Source: Candidatus Poriferisocius anaerobius (GTDB lineage Bacteria > Actinomycetota > Acidimicrobiia > Acidimicrobiales > Bin134). From it: DNA of 24,000 nucleotides. The stretch is taken from assembly GCA_028278785.1 (NCBI GenBank), contig JAPYOG010000067.1, forward strand, positions 24,813 to 48,812. Reading direction: 5' to 3'. Below the pieces are notes generated by a model. The model was given only the letters and a program-made list of their open reading frames with translations. It was not told where the DNA came from and made no database searches. Below are positions 7,051 to 14,439 of the stretch, piece after piece. Numbering within the stretch: position 1 is the first letter of the stretch; every line of letters starts with the position of its first letter. Made by a program: the position numbers and the translations under genes.

Positions 7051-8010
7051 TCAGTCCACCGGGGTCGGCACCGAGCCCACGATGTCGTCCACCACCTGCT
7101 CGGGCGGGATGCCCTGCGCCCGGGCTTGGGGGCTCAGCAGCAGCCGGTGGGCCAGGACCGGCACGGCAAGCTGTTTCACGTCGTCGGGCAGTACGAAATC
7201 TCGTCTGTGGGCTGCTGCCCTCACCCGACTGGCCCGTTGCAGCGCAAGGGTGGCCCGAGTGGACATCCCCAGGGTGAGGCTGGGGTGGGCTCTGGTGGTG
7301 TTGGCGATTTGAACCAGGTAGCGCTTGACGGACGGGGCGGTGTAGGTGGCGGCGGCCTGCTCGATGAGCTCGGCGATGGCTTGAGCAGACATGACAGGGC
7401 CCATGGAGTCCAGCGGGTTCTGGGCGCCATGGGCGTCGAGGATGTCGAGCTCGGCCTGCTCTGGCGGATAGCCCACCTCGATCCGCATCATGAACCGGTC
7501 GAGCTGGCTCTCGGGCAGGGGGTAGGTGCCTTCGTGCTCCAGCGGGTTCTGGGTGGCGATCACCATGAACGGGCGGGGCAGGGTATGGGTGGTGCCGTCC
7601 ACGGTCACCTGGCGCTCGGCCATGGCTTCCAGCAGCGCAGACTGGGTCTTGGGGGAGGCCCGGTTGATCTCGTCGGCCACGACGATGCCGGAGAACACCG
7701 GGCCGGGCTGGAAGTCGAGCGTGTTGGACGCCCGATTCCAGATGGTGGCGCCCACCACATCGGAGGGCAGCAGGTCGGGGGTGAACTGGATGCGGCCGAA
7801 CTCGGCCTGCACGGTGATCGCCAAAGCCTTGGCCAGGCTGGTCTTTCCGACACCGGGTGCGTCTTCGATCAGCAGATGGCCCTGGGCCAGAAGACAGGTG
7901 ACGGCCAGCTCCAGCACGTCGGGCTTGCCCATGATGGCTCGGCCCATGTTGGCCGCGATCGCCTGGAACCGGTCGGCGAACAGGTTCTGCTCTGCTCTGG
8001 CTGTCACCAC
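7051..8010 (-). CDS. MoxR-family AAA+ ATPase
   Basis: 319-aa ORF. Walker A is LIEDAPGVGKTSLAKALA and Walker B is IVVADEINRASPKTQSALLEAM. Size and C-terminal lid are typical of MoxR/AAA_3. Confidence 0.9.
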   Translation of the reverse strand: MVTARAEQNLFADRFQAIAANMGRAIMGKPDVLELAVTCLLAQGHLLIEDAPGVGKTSLAKALAITVQAEFGRIQFTPDLLPSDVVGATIWNRASNTLDFQPGPVFSGIVVADEINRASPKTQSALLEAMAERQVTVDGTTHTLPRPFMVIATQNPLEHEGTYPLPESQLDRFMMRIEVGYPPEQAELDILDAHGAQNPLDSMGPVMSAQAIAELIEQAAATYTAPSVKRYLVQIANTTRAHPSLTLGMSTRATLALQRASRVRAAAHRRDFVLPDDVKQLAVPVLAHRLLLSPQARAQGIPPEQVVDDIVGSVPTPVD

Positions 8011-8195
8011 TCCTCCAAGTTTCTCAGGTATCTGCGGGTTGCGCCCAGCGCGCGTGTTCTTCTGCGGGCAAGCTCACCGGCTGAGCGTTTGGCCTCCGAG
8101 GAGACGAAGGGCTCTTGCAGGGATTGTCCCCGAGGGCGGGCGCGCCTTGGGCTGACTGTTCGGCTGCCGGCGGCAGTACTCTCGGGGCCACCAGC

Positions 8196-8804
8196 ATGAA
8201 GAGCCAATCCGAGATCCGGTTGATCGCCACCACCGAGGTGCCCACGAGATGGGGCCGGTTCACCTGCTACGCCTTCCAGTCGGAAGCCGACGGCGAGGAG
8301 CATGTGGCGTTCGCCCTCGGCGACATCGCCGCCGCCGGCGAGGTGCTGGTGCGGGTTCACAGCGAGTGCCTCACCGGCGACGTGTTCGGCTCGTGGCGCT
8401 GCGACTGCGGCGCGCAGCTGCACGCCGCTATGGATGCCATAGCCGGCAGAGGCACCGGCGTGCTGGTGTATCTGCGGGGCCATGAGGGACGGGGCATCGG
8501 CATCGGCCACAAAGTTCGGGCCTACGCCCTCCAGGACAAGGGGCGCGACACCGTGGACGCCAACTTGGAGCTCGGCTTGCCGGTGGACGACCGCACCTAC
8601 GGAATCGGCGCGGCCATCTTGGCCGAACTGGGGATCAAGCGGGTGGCGCTGATGACCAACAATCCCGCCAAGCACGATGGGCTGGCCTCCGTCGGCGTGG
8701 AGATCGCCCGCCGTGTTCCCCTCGAGGTGGCTCCCCGAACCGAGAACGCGGACTACCTGCGCACCAAGCAGCAGCGCCTCGGCCACCTGCTCGATCTGGT
8801 GTAG
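8196..8804 (+). CDS. ribA: GTP cyclohydrolase II (stand-alone RibA, no DHBP synthase domain)
   Basis: Part of ORF 8115..8804. From ATG 8196 the product (202 aa) is colinear with E. coli RibA: VRVHSECLTGDVFGSWRCDCGAQL, GHEGRGIGIGHKVRAYALQDKGRDTVDAN, MTNNPAK. The 27 codons upstream of 8196 start at a TTG and have no counterpart in RibA. Confidence 0.88.
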   Translation: MKSQSEIRLIATTEVPTRWGRFTCYAFQSEADGEEHVAFALGDIAAAGEVLVRVHSECLTGDVFGSWRCDCGAQLHAAMDAIAGRGTGVLVYLRGHEGRGIGIGHKVRAYALQDKGRDTVDANLELGLPVDDRTYGIGAAILAELGIKRVALMTNNPAKHDGLASVGVEIARRVPLEVAPRTENADYLRTKQQRLGHLLDLV

Positions 8805-8824
8805 CCGCGGCTGCCTGCTTGCCA

Positions 8825-8844
8825 GCGGGGGCGGCAACCCCCGC
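8825..8844. terminator. GC-rich hairpin between convergent ribA and the ABC ATPase gene (possible bidirectional terminator)
   Basis: gcggggg (8825-8831), loop cggcaa, cccccgc (8838-8844). There is no U-tract. Confidence 0.3.
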
Positions 8845-8863
8845 GGCGCGATGCCTGAGGCCA

Positions 8864-9646
8864 CTAGGCGCCGCTTCGGGCGCCGGTGATGTAGGAGACC
8901 AAGTCGTCTTTGGTCACATCGGCCACGTCCACCTCGGCGCGCTTGCGGCCCTGGTAGAGCACGACGGCTTGATCGCAAACTGCCAGCACGCGGTCCATGT
9001 TGTGGGTTATGAGCAGCACCGCCACGCCCTGATTGCGGAGGTTGGCGATGAGCTCCAGAACTCTCTGGGTCTGCTCGACTCCGAGTGCGGCCGCGGGCTC
9101 GTCGAGCAGCACGATTCGCTGGCCCCACGCCACTGCTCGACCGATGGCCACCGCTTGGCGCTGGCCGCCGGAGAGCGATCCCACAGGACGGCGCAGCGAC
9201 GGTATCCGGATTTCTAGGGCCGACAGCGTGGCGGCGCATTCCCTGCGCATGCGCCGCTTGTCCAGCAAGCCGATGCGCTTGCCCAGCCATCCCCCCCGGG
9301 TGTGCTCTCGGTTCAAGAAGAGGTTTTCCGTGACATCCAGCGGGTTGATCACCGACAGCGTTTGATGGACTGTCTCGATGCCCAGTTCCCGAGCGTGGCG
9401 TGAGGAGCTGATGCGGTGCTCTGCCCCCCCGATGAAAATGCGCCCCCTATCGGGCTGGTACAGGCCGGAGATGCACTTCACCAGCGTCGATTTCCCGGCG
9501 CCGTTGTCGCCCAGCAAAGCGGTGACTCGACCGTGGTGCAGCTCGATTGAGACGTCGTCGAGGGCCTGCACCGCCCGAAACGACTTGGAGATGCCAGAGG
9601 CCACCAGCGCGGGGGCGGGGCTCGCTGCCTGGCCTTCGGGGCTCAT
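8864..9646 (-). CDS. Sugar-type (CUT2-like) ABC transporter ATP-binding protein, single NBD (260 aa)
   Basis: C-terminal part of ORF 8864..10489, from MSPEGQAAS. Walker A is GDNGAGKST, the signature is LSGGQRQAVAIGRA and Walker B is VLLDEPAAALG. ATG 9646 overlaps the upstream stop (ATGA 9643-9646). Confidence 0.88.
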   Translation of the reverse strand: MSPEGQAASPAPALVASGISKSFRAVQALDDVSIELHHGRVTALLGDNGAGKSTLVKCISGLYQPDRGRIFIGGAEHRISSSRHARELGIETVHQTLSVINPLDVTENLFLNREHTRGGWLGKRIGLLDKRRMRRECAATLSALEIRIPSLRRPVGSLSGGQRQAVAIGRAVAWGQRIVLLDEPAAALGVEQTQRVLELIANLRNQGVAVLLITHNMDRVLAVCDQAVVLYQGRKRAEVDVADVTKDDLVSYITGARSGA

Positions 9647-10857
9647 CGGGTGCCCTTCCAGGCCACCGGGTTGCCCAGAACGTCCCAGACGCCGGCGACT
9701 GACGGGTTGCCCGAGCGCACACCGGCCACGCCAACCACAAATGCCCTGGTCACAAACGCTTGAATGCGGAATCCGAAGACCACGGTGTCGCCCTCGTTGA
9801 TCTTGCGTTCCGGCTCGGGGTGCAGCTTCGCGTAGTAGTCGATGGCGGCGGGGTTGGGAATGTCCACCGGCACTGGCCCGGATGCCGCTTCGCTCGGATC
9901 GCGGGCGACCACGGCTGAAGCCTGGTAGTCCCCGAAGACGGGATCGATGTACAGGCCGCCGCCGAAGCAGAACGGCGTGCCTTGATGGATGTGGGCGATC
10001 TCGCTGACGTAGCAAACAGCGGGCTGCTCGGGCAGATCGCCCACCGCATGCAGGGGAGTGGTTCCGGTGAGCCCGTGCCCCGGCTCCACTTGCGTGGCCC
10101 CTGCCTCGGCGAGCTGCGCCAGCACTGCCGTCGAGGTGGTGCCCGGAGCGTTGATCTGGAGCAGGCGCTGGTCCTCGCCGCCCAGACGGCGCCGCGCTGT
10201 CTCTGCGGCTCGAGCCAGGGTTGCCATGTTGGGAGTGAGCTGGGCGCCGCCGCTGGACGGATCGAAGAGCAGCGCGGGAAACGTCGTGAGGCCGGCGAAT
10301 CTGACGCCGGGAAGCCCGTCGATGAAGTCCATCATGGCGCCGAGGTCTTCGAGGGGAACGCCTCCCTCGTGGCCGGTGTAGAACTTGTCGCCGGGGGCGA
10401 ACACCCGCACCAGCAGATTCTGGACTCGCCCGAGGCGGGTGGCCGCGGCGGAGGCCTCTGCTGCCTTGTTGGGCGAGAACACCGTCCAATGGTCCGGTTC
10501 CATGGCCGTGGCCTCTTCTGCCTCGGCCGCAGGCACCTGCACGAGATGCCCGATGTGCCCGAGATTGTGCCCGTTGGCGGCGATGGGCCGAGCACAGGCC
10601 ATGTCGACGGCCACGTAGCCGTCGACTCCGGCATCGGTCATGGCCGCCAGGACGGCCGGCGCCCTCCCAAGCTGCTTGGTCATGGCGTAAACGGTCAACC
10701 CCAGAGACCTGGCCTCGCCCATGAGGTGCCCGGTGTTGGCGGCCACGGCGTCGAGGTCGATCGCATAGCTGTTGGCGGGAATGGCACCGGCCTGGTGCAG
10801 CTTCACCGCCGCTTCCACGAAGGCCGGATTCTTGTCCAGCAGCGATTGCAGGAACAT
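9643..10857 (-). CDS. YhfX-like alanine-racemase-fold (fold-type III) PLP-dependent enzyme, specificity unknown
   Basis: 404-aa ORF. MFLQSLLDKNPAFVEAAVKLHQAG..., VYAMTKQLGRAP (putative PLP lysine), GHLVQVP and EPGHGLTGTTP are colinear with my recollection of E. coli YhfX. Confidence 0.6.
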   Translation of the reverse strand: MFLQSLLDKNPAFVEAAVKLHQAGAIPANSYAIDLDAVAANTGHLMGEARSLGLTVYAMTKQLGRAPAVLAAMTDAGVDGYVAVDMACARPIAANGHNLGHIGHLVQVPAAEAEEATAMEPDHWTVFSPNKAAEASAAATRLGRVQNLLVRVFAPGDKFYTGHEGGVPLEDLGAMMDFIDGLPGVRFAGLTTFPALLFDPSSGGAQLTPNMATLARAAETARRRLGGEDQRLLQINAPGTTSTAVLAQLAEAGATQVEPGHGLTGTTPLHAVGDLPEQPAVCYVSEIAHIHQGTPFCFGGGLYIDPVFGDYQASAVVARDPSEAASGPVPVDIPNPAAIDYYAKLHPEPERKINEGDTVVFGFRIQAFVTRAFVVGVAGVRSGNPSVAGVWDVLGNPVAWKGTR

Positions 10858-10858
10858 C

Positions 10859-10934
10859 AGCTCTCCTTGGCTTCTCGCATGCTGAGGGCCACGGCTAGCT
10901 CTCCTTGGCTTCTCGCATGCTGAGGGCCACGGCC
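10859..10934. repeat. 38-bp tandem duplication (2 copies, 37 of 38 identical) spanning the permease stop and the YhfX-like gene's SD
   Basis: agctctccttggcttctcgcatgctgagggccacggc occurs at 10859-10895 and again at 10897-10933. The single differing position is 10896 (t) vs 10934 (c). Confidence 0.9.
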
Positions 10935-11959
10935 AAGATGATGATCACACCCCGGGCGATGATCTGATCGGCCACTTCCAACCCCATGAGGATGAGGCCC
11001 TTGTTGAGCATGGTCATGATGAGGGCGCCGGTGATGGCGCCGATTATCGACGCCCGACCGCCGAACAAGTTGGTTCCGCCGATCACCACGGCGGCGATGA
11101 CCGTGAGCAGGTAGTCCTCGCCGAGGTTGTGGCGACCGACGCTGAGGCGACTCGCAAGAAGAATACCGGCGAAGCCGGCCGCGGTGGCGCTGGCCACCAG
11201 GGCGGAGATCTTCACACGGGATGTGTTGATCCCGACCGCATTGGCCGCGCCGCGGTCGGCGCCGGTGGACAGGACATGGCGTCCCCACCGCAGGTGGTGC
11301 AGTGCGACATGGCCGATTGCCCCGACGATGATGAGCCAGATCAGCAGCGAGGAGACTGGTCCCAGCCCGCCGGCGCCGAACAGCTCCTTGAAGCGGTCGT
11401 TGCGGATGGGCAGCGACTGCAAGTCGTTCCAATTCCGGGCGATGCCGCTGACGATGCCCAGCATTCCCAATGTGACCAGAAACGACGGGATTCGCACTTT
11501 CACGGCGATGAGCCCGTTCACGAGCCCGACCAGCGCCGACACGCCCAGGGCCGCCAGCGCTCCGGCCAGGAATCCGTGGCTTCCCACGACGTCCGCGGCC
11601 ACCAGCGACGAGAGCGCAACCACCGAGCCGACCGAGAGGTCGATTTCGCCTGCGGCCAGCGCGAAGGCCATCCCCACCGCCATGACCGCGATAGGTGCAG
11701 CCTGGCGGCCGATGTCGAGCAGGTTGGAGGATCTGAGGAACCCGTCGTCGTACAGGATGATGCTGAACGTGGCCAGGATCAGCGCGAATGCCAGGTAGAC
11801 GACGTATTGGCGAAGCCCGCCGTTATGTCGGTAGCGGTCGATCCAGGCCTCGGCCGGGGAGGGGCGCCCGGCCGGGGCCTGTTCGCTGATCGACTTGCGG
11901 ATCACCTGTGCGGGTTCAGCCGTCGAGGGCGTCGAGGACTTCTTGCGGCGGTTCGACAT
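10895..11959 (-). CDS. CUT2-type sugar ABC transporter permease (RbsC/FrcC-like)
   Basis: 354-aa ORF, polytopic. GEIDLSVGSVVALSS and a C-terminal GGTNLFGGRASIIGAITGALIM are typical of the branched/ribose permease family. The start is uncertain: ATG 11959 overlaps the SBP gene by 44 nt, and an alternative GTG lies at 11905. Confidence 0.85.
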   Translation of the reverse strand: MSNRRKKSSTPSTAEPAQVIRKSISEQAPAGRPSPAEAWIDRYRHNGGLRQYVVYLAFALILATFSIILYDDGFLRSSNLLDIGRQAAPIAVMAVGMAFALAAGEIDLSVGSVVALSSLVAADVVGSHGFLAGALAALGVSALVGLVNGLIAVKVRIPSFLVTLGMLGIVSGIARNWNDLQSLPIRNDRFKELFGAGGLGPVSSLLIWLIIVGAIGHVALHHLRWGRHVLSTGADRGAANAVGINTSRVKISALVASATAAGFAGILLASRLSVGRHNLGEDYLLTVIAAVVIGGTNLFGGRASIIGAITGALIMTMLNKGLILMGLEVADQIIARGVIIILAVALSMREAKES

Positions 11960-13118
11960 TCAGCGACGAGCTGTATGCCTCCACGATGTTGTCTGCGGTC
12001 ACCTCGATGGCGGGGACGACCACGAAGGGCGGTGCTTGCTTCCCGAGCAGGCCGTATGCGCCCTCGACGGCCATGGTGCGGCCGATCTCGTAGGCCTCGT
12101 CCGCGGCGATTCCCACTATGTTGCCGCCTTCCACGAGATCGAGGGAGACGTTTGTGTCCAGATCCATGGTCACAACCGCCACATCGTCACGCCCCGCAGA
12201 TCGCAGCGCAGCCAGCACGCCGTCCGCGGGCCCGGCCGACCATGGGGCGTAGATGCCGTCGAGGTCGGGATTGCGGGTGAGCATGGCGGAGGCGATGTCC
12301 TCTGCGGCCGCAGGGTCGGCGAGGCCCTGTTCCTCCACAATCGAGATGTCCGGGAAGTTGATCTCGATCCAGGCCTTGAACGCCTGGTCGCGCTGGTTGG
12401 TCACATAGTACGAGGCATCGTGGAAGATGAAGCCGATTTCCCCTTCGCCGCCGAGCGCGTTGCCGAGCAGGTTGGCCGCGGCAATGCCCATCTCGGCCAA
12501 GTCGTCGGTGACCACGCCCACGAAATCCTCGCCGTGTACGTACCCCTCGGGGGTTGTGGACAGGAAAACGAGCTGCGTGCCGGCGTCGACCGCCGGACGG
12601 AAGCCCTCGGCCGCGGATACCGGGTCGATGGTGAGGCTCAAGATGATGTCGGGGTCGAGCACCATGGCGGTTGCAACGTCGTCGGCCTGCCGGGCCGCGT
12701 CGAAACCGGCCTCGGTTTCCACCACCACCTCGATGCCCATCTCGGCGAAGGCGTCGCGCGCCCCCTGGCTCACCGCGTTGGTGAAGGCGCCGGAAGTGTG
12801 CCAGAGCAAGGCAGCGGTATGTCCGCCGGCTTGAATCAGGGTCAGCTCGTCGGCGCTAAGCTGGATCTCGTCCGACGGAGTCGCCGTTTCGCCGTTCGGG
12901 CCCTGGGTCATCGGGGCTTGTGGGGCGGGTGCCGCTGGCTCTTCGGCCTCATCGTCCGGAGTCGCGGTTGCGACGTCCGGGCTCTGGGTCGCCGGGGCTT
13001 GTGGGGTGGGCGCCGCTGGTTCGTCATCGTCGTCGTTGCCGCAAGCAGCGGCCAGCAGGACGAAGACTGCAAGCAGGGCGCCCAGTATGAGCCAGCGAGA
13101 TCTGGTCTGGGTTTGCAT
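11916..13118 (-). CDS. Periplasmic-binding-protein type 1 (sugar-binding, RbsB-like) lipoprotein of the ABC importer
   Basis: From ATG 13118 within ORF 11916..13265: MQTQTRSRWLILGALLAVFVLLAAAC|GNDDDD (lipobox). AAGGAGA lies 7 nt upstream. A Pro/Ala/Thr/Gln-rich linker is followed by a PBP1-like body. Confidence 0.85.
   Translation of the reverse strand: MQTQTRSRWLILGALLAVFVLLAAACGNDDDDEPAAPTPQAPATQSPDVATATPDDEAEEPAAPAPQAPMTQGPNGETATPSDEIQLSADELTLIQAGGHTAALLWHTSGAFTNAVSQGARDAFAEMGIEVVVETEAGFDAARQADDVATAMVLDPDIILSLTIDPVSAAEGFRPAVDAGTQLVFLSTTPEGYVHGEDFVGVVTDDLAEMGIAAANLLGNALGGEGEIGFIFHDASYYVTNQRDQAFKAWIEINFPDISIVEEQGLADPAAAEDIASAMLTRNPDLDGIYAPWSAGPADGVLAALRSAGRDDVAVVTMDLDTNVSLDLVEGGNIVGIAADEAYEIGRTMAVEGAYGLLGKQAPPFVVVPAIEVTADNIVEAYSSSLNVEPPQEVLDALDG
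12861..13022. repeat. Imperfect 81-bp tandem repeat (x2) encoding the SBP linker
   Basis: ggggcttgtgggg[c/t]gggt/cgccgctgg recurs at 12913 and 12994. The protein repeats are EPAAPTPQAPATQSPDVATATPDDEAE and EPAAPAPQAPMTQGPNGETATPSDEIQ. Confidence 0.6.
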
Positions 13119-13132
13119 GGATTTCTCCTTTT

Positions 13133-13164
13133 CAATTTTGGTTGGGTTCAATTTTGGTTGGGTT
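13133..13164. repeat. Perfect 16-bp tandem repeat (x2), AT-rich, filling the M20-SBP intercistronic gap
   Basis: caattttggttgggtt occurs at 13133-13148 and 13149-13164. On the coding strand: TAA-AACCCAACCAAAATTG-AACCCAACCAAAATTG-AAAAGGAGAAATCC-ATG. Confidence 0.9.
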
Positions 13165-14439
13165 TTATTTGGCGGACTGGACAGTTGGCGCTTCATCGGT
13201 CGGGGCTTCTTCAAGCCCACACCACGAGGCCACGAAATGGGCGAGGACGCGGGTAGCGGCCACAAGCTCTTCTATCCCCACGCGTTCGAACGGGGTGTGG
13301 CAGTTCGAGATGTCGCCGGGGGCGAAGTACACGCCGGGAACACCCCGGGACGCGAGGAAGGATTTCTCCGACCAGAAGGGAGCGGCCTCGATGCGCGGCT
13401 CTGCCCCTGTGATCGCTGCGATGGACGCTCCCAGCGCCGAGACGGCGGGGTGGTTGGCCGGTATCTCGTCGGGCATTCCCCCCAGCGGGTGATCCCGGGG
13501 GGCGGTAAAGGAGACGCTCGAGTCGACGCCGTGGTCTGAGGCGATCCGGGCCGCTATGTCCGAGATGGCCTGCGCCGCCGAGTCGAGGCTCTCGCTGGGC
13601 AAGACCTTGCGGATCAGCGACAGGTCGAATTGACCGGGCACCGAGATGCTCTCCCCGGAGCGGACTTCGGTGACCAGCAGGAACGCCTCCCCGATCAGCG
13701 GGTGCGGCGGCTGGCTGCGGAGGTTCTCGGAGTGGTCCCAGAGGGCGGAGCACAGGCGATGGCCGGCCCGGAGCGCGTCGATGCCCAGTTCTGGCGTGCC
13801 GAAATATGCCGATCGTCCCGTGAGCTTGATGTCGGCGATGAGGAAGCCCATCTGGGCGGTGTAAACGGCCGAAGTGGTGGGCTCGGTGTAGATCAAGAAC
13901 TCCGGCGGGCAGTCGCCTGAGACCACGCCGTCGGCTATGGCCGCCTTCATGCCTGCCGAGACTCCGCTGCCGGGCTGGCCCGATTCCTCATCGCACACGA
14001 ACAGCGCGGTCACCGAGCCTTTGGGACGGCAGCCGGCGCGGCGCACGGCTCGAAGCGACTCCAGGATGGCGCAGATGCCGGCTTTCTGGTCGGCGGCGCC
14101 CCGACCCCAGATCTGCTGGTCGATGATCGTGGCCGCATACGGATCGCCCCGATCTGTTCCGGCCCAATGAGCCTTCCAGTCGTCGGCATGCACGGTGTCG
14201 AGATGTCCCGCCAGAACCAGCGAGGGATTTCCGCGGCCCACGCCGGCATATACGTTGGACCGCTGGTCGTGGAGCGGCCGAAGCCGGCTGTGGTCCCAGC
14301 ACCTGTCGTGCATCTGCCGGTGTACCCATCGGGCGAAGTCGCCCTCATTGGGGGTCACGCTGGGGATGGCCACGGCTTGCCTGACGAGTTCCACCAACTC
14401 CTCGGGGTCGACGGACGCGGCGACCGCCTCGGGGGTCAC
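13165..14439 (-). CDS. M20-family metallohydrolase (ArgE/DapE/ACY1-like deacylase or peptidase)
   Basis: Within ORF 13165..14574. Motifs: LVLAGHLDTV, GRGAADQKAG, VCDEESG. The likely start is GTG 14439, which overlaps the ROK stop (GTGA 14436-14439). The longer ATG 14574 would overlap the ROK gene by 139 nt. Confidence 0.82.
   Translation of the reverse strand: MTPEAVAASVDPEELVELVRQAVAIPSVTPNEGDFARWVHRQMHDRCWDHSRLRPLHDQRSNVYAGVGRGNPSLVLAGHLDTVHADDWKAHWAGTDRGDPYAATIIDQQIWGRGAADQKAGICAILESLRAVRRAGCRPKGSVTALFVCDEESGQPGSGVSAGMKAAIADGVVSGDCPPEFLIYTEPTTSAVYTAQMGFLIADIKLTGRSAYFGTPELGIDALRAGHRLCSALWDHSENLRSQPPHPLIGEAFLLVTEVRSGESISVPGQFDLSLIRKVLPSESLDSAAQAISDIAARIASDHGVDSSVSFTAPRDHPLGGMPDEIPANHPAVSALGASIAAITGAEPRIEAAPFWSEKSFLASRGVPGVYFAPGDISNCHTPFERVGIEELVAATRVLAHFVASWCGLEEAPTDEAPTVQSAK

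Noticed and set aside
8011-8195. Possible FMN (RFN) riboswitch in the 185-nt leader upstream of ribA. Fragments such as cttctgcgggca...caccggc and gccggcggcagt loosely recall RFN core strings.
   Set aside because: I could not find the GGGTGAAATTCCC...ACCGGCGGTA core or the GCCGACGGT.AAAGTCCGGATG 3' half. The resemblance is limited to short GC-rich words. A covariance-model scan (Rfam RF00050) would settle it.
8004-9290. Long ORFs overlapping or antisense to confidently assigned genes. Examples: 8004..9290, 5002..6087, 7126..8199, 6650..7312, 11129..12280, 11895..13256, 15003..15659, 16877..17833, 17779..18795, 17834..19018, 18819..19901, 19920..20549, 21589..22611, 9982..10923.
   Set aside because: These are typical high-GC shadow ORFs. 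Their translations are Arg/Pro/Gly/Ala-rich low-complexity strings with no recognisable motifs. Each lies opposite or out of frame to an ORF with clear family signatures.
9647-10489. Long 5' extensions of real genes in the ORF track: 8864..10489 (541 aa), 13165..14574, 11916..13265, 15678..17009, 22297..23448.
   Set aside because: The extensions overlap the upstream genes in another frame and are low-complexity. Internal starts give proper N-termini (signal peptide or lipobox, Walker-A spacing) and the 4-nt stop/start overlaps typical of coupled operons.
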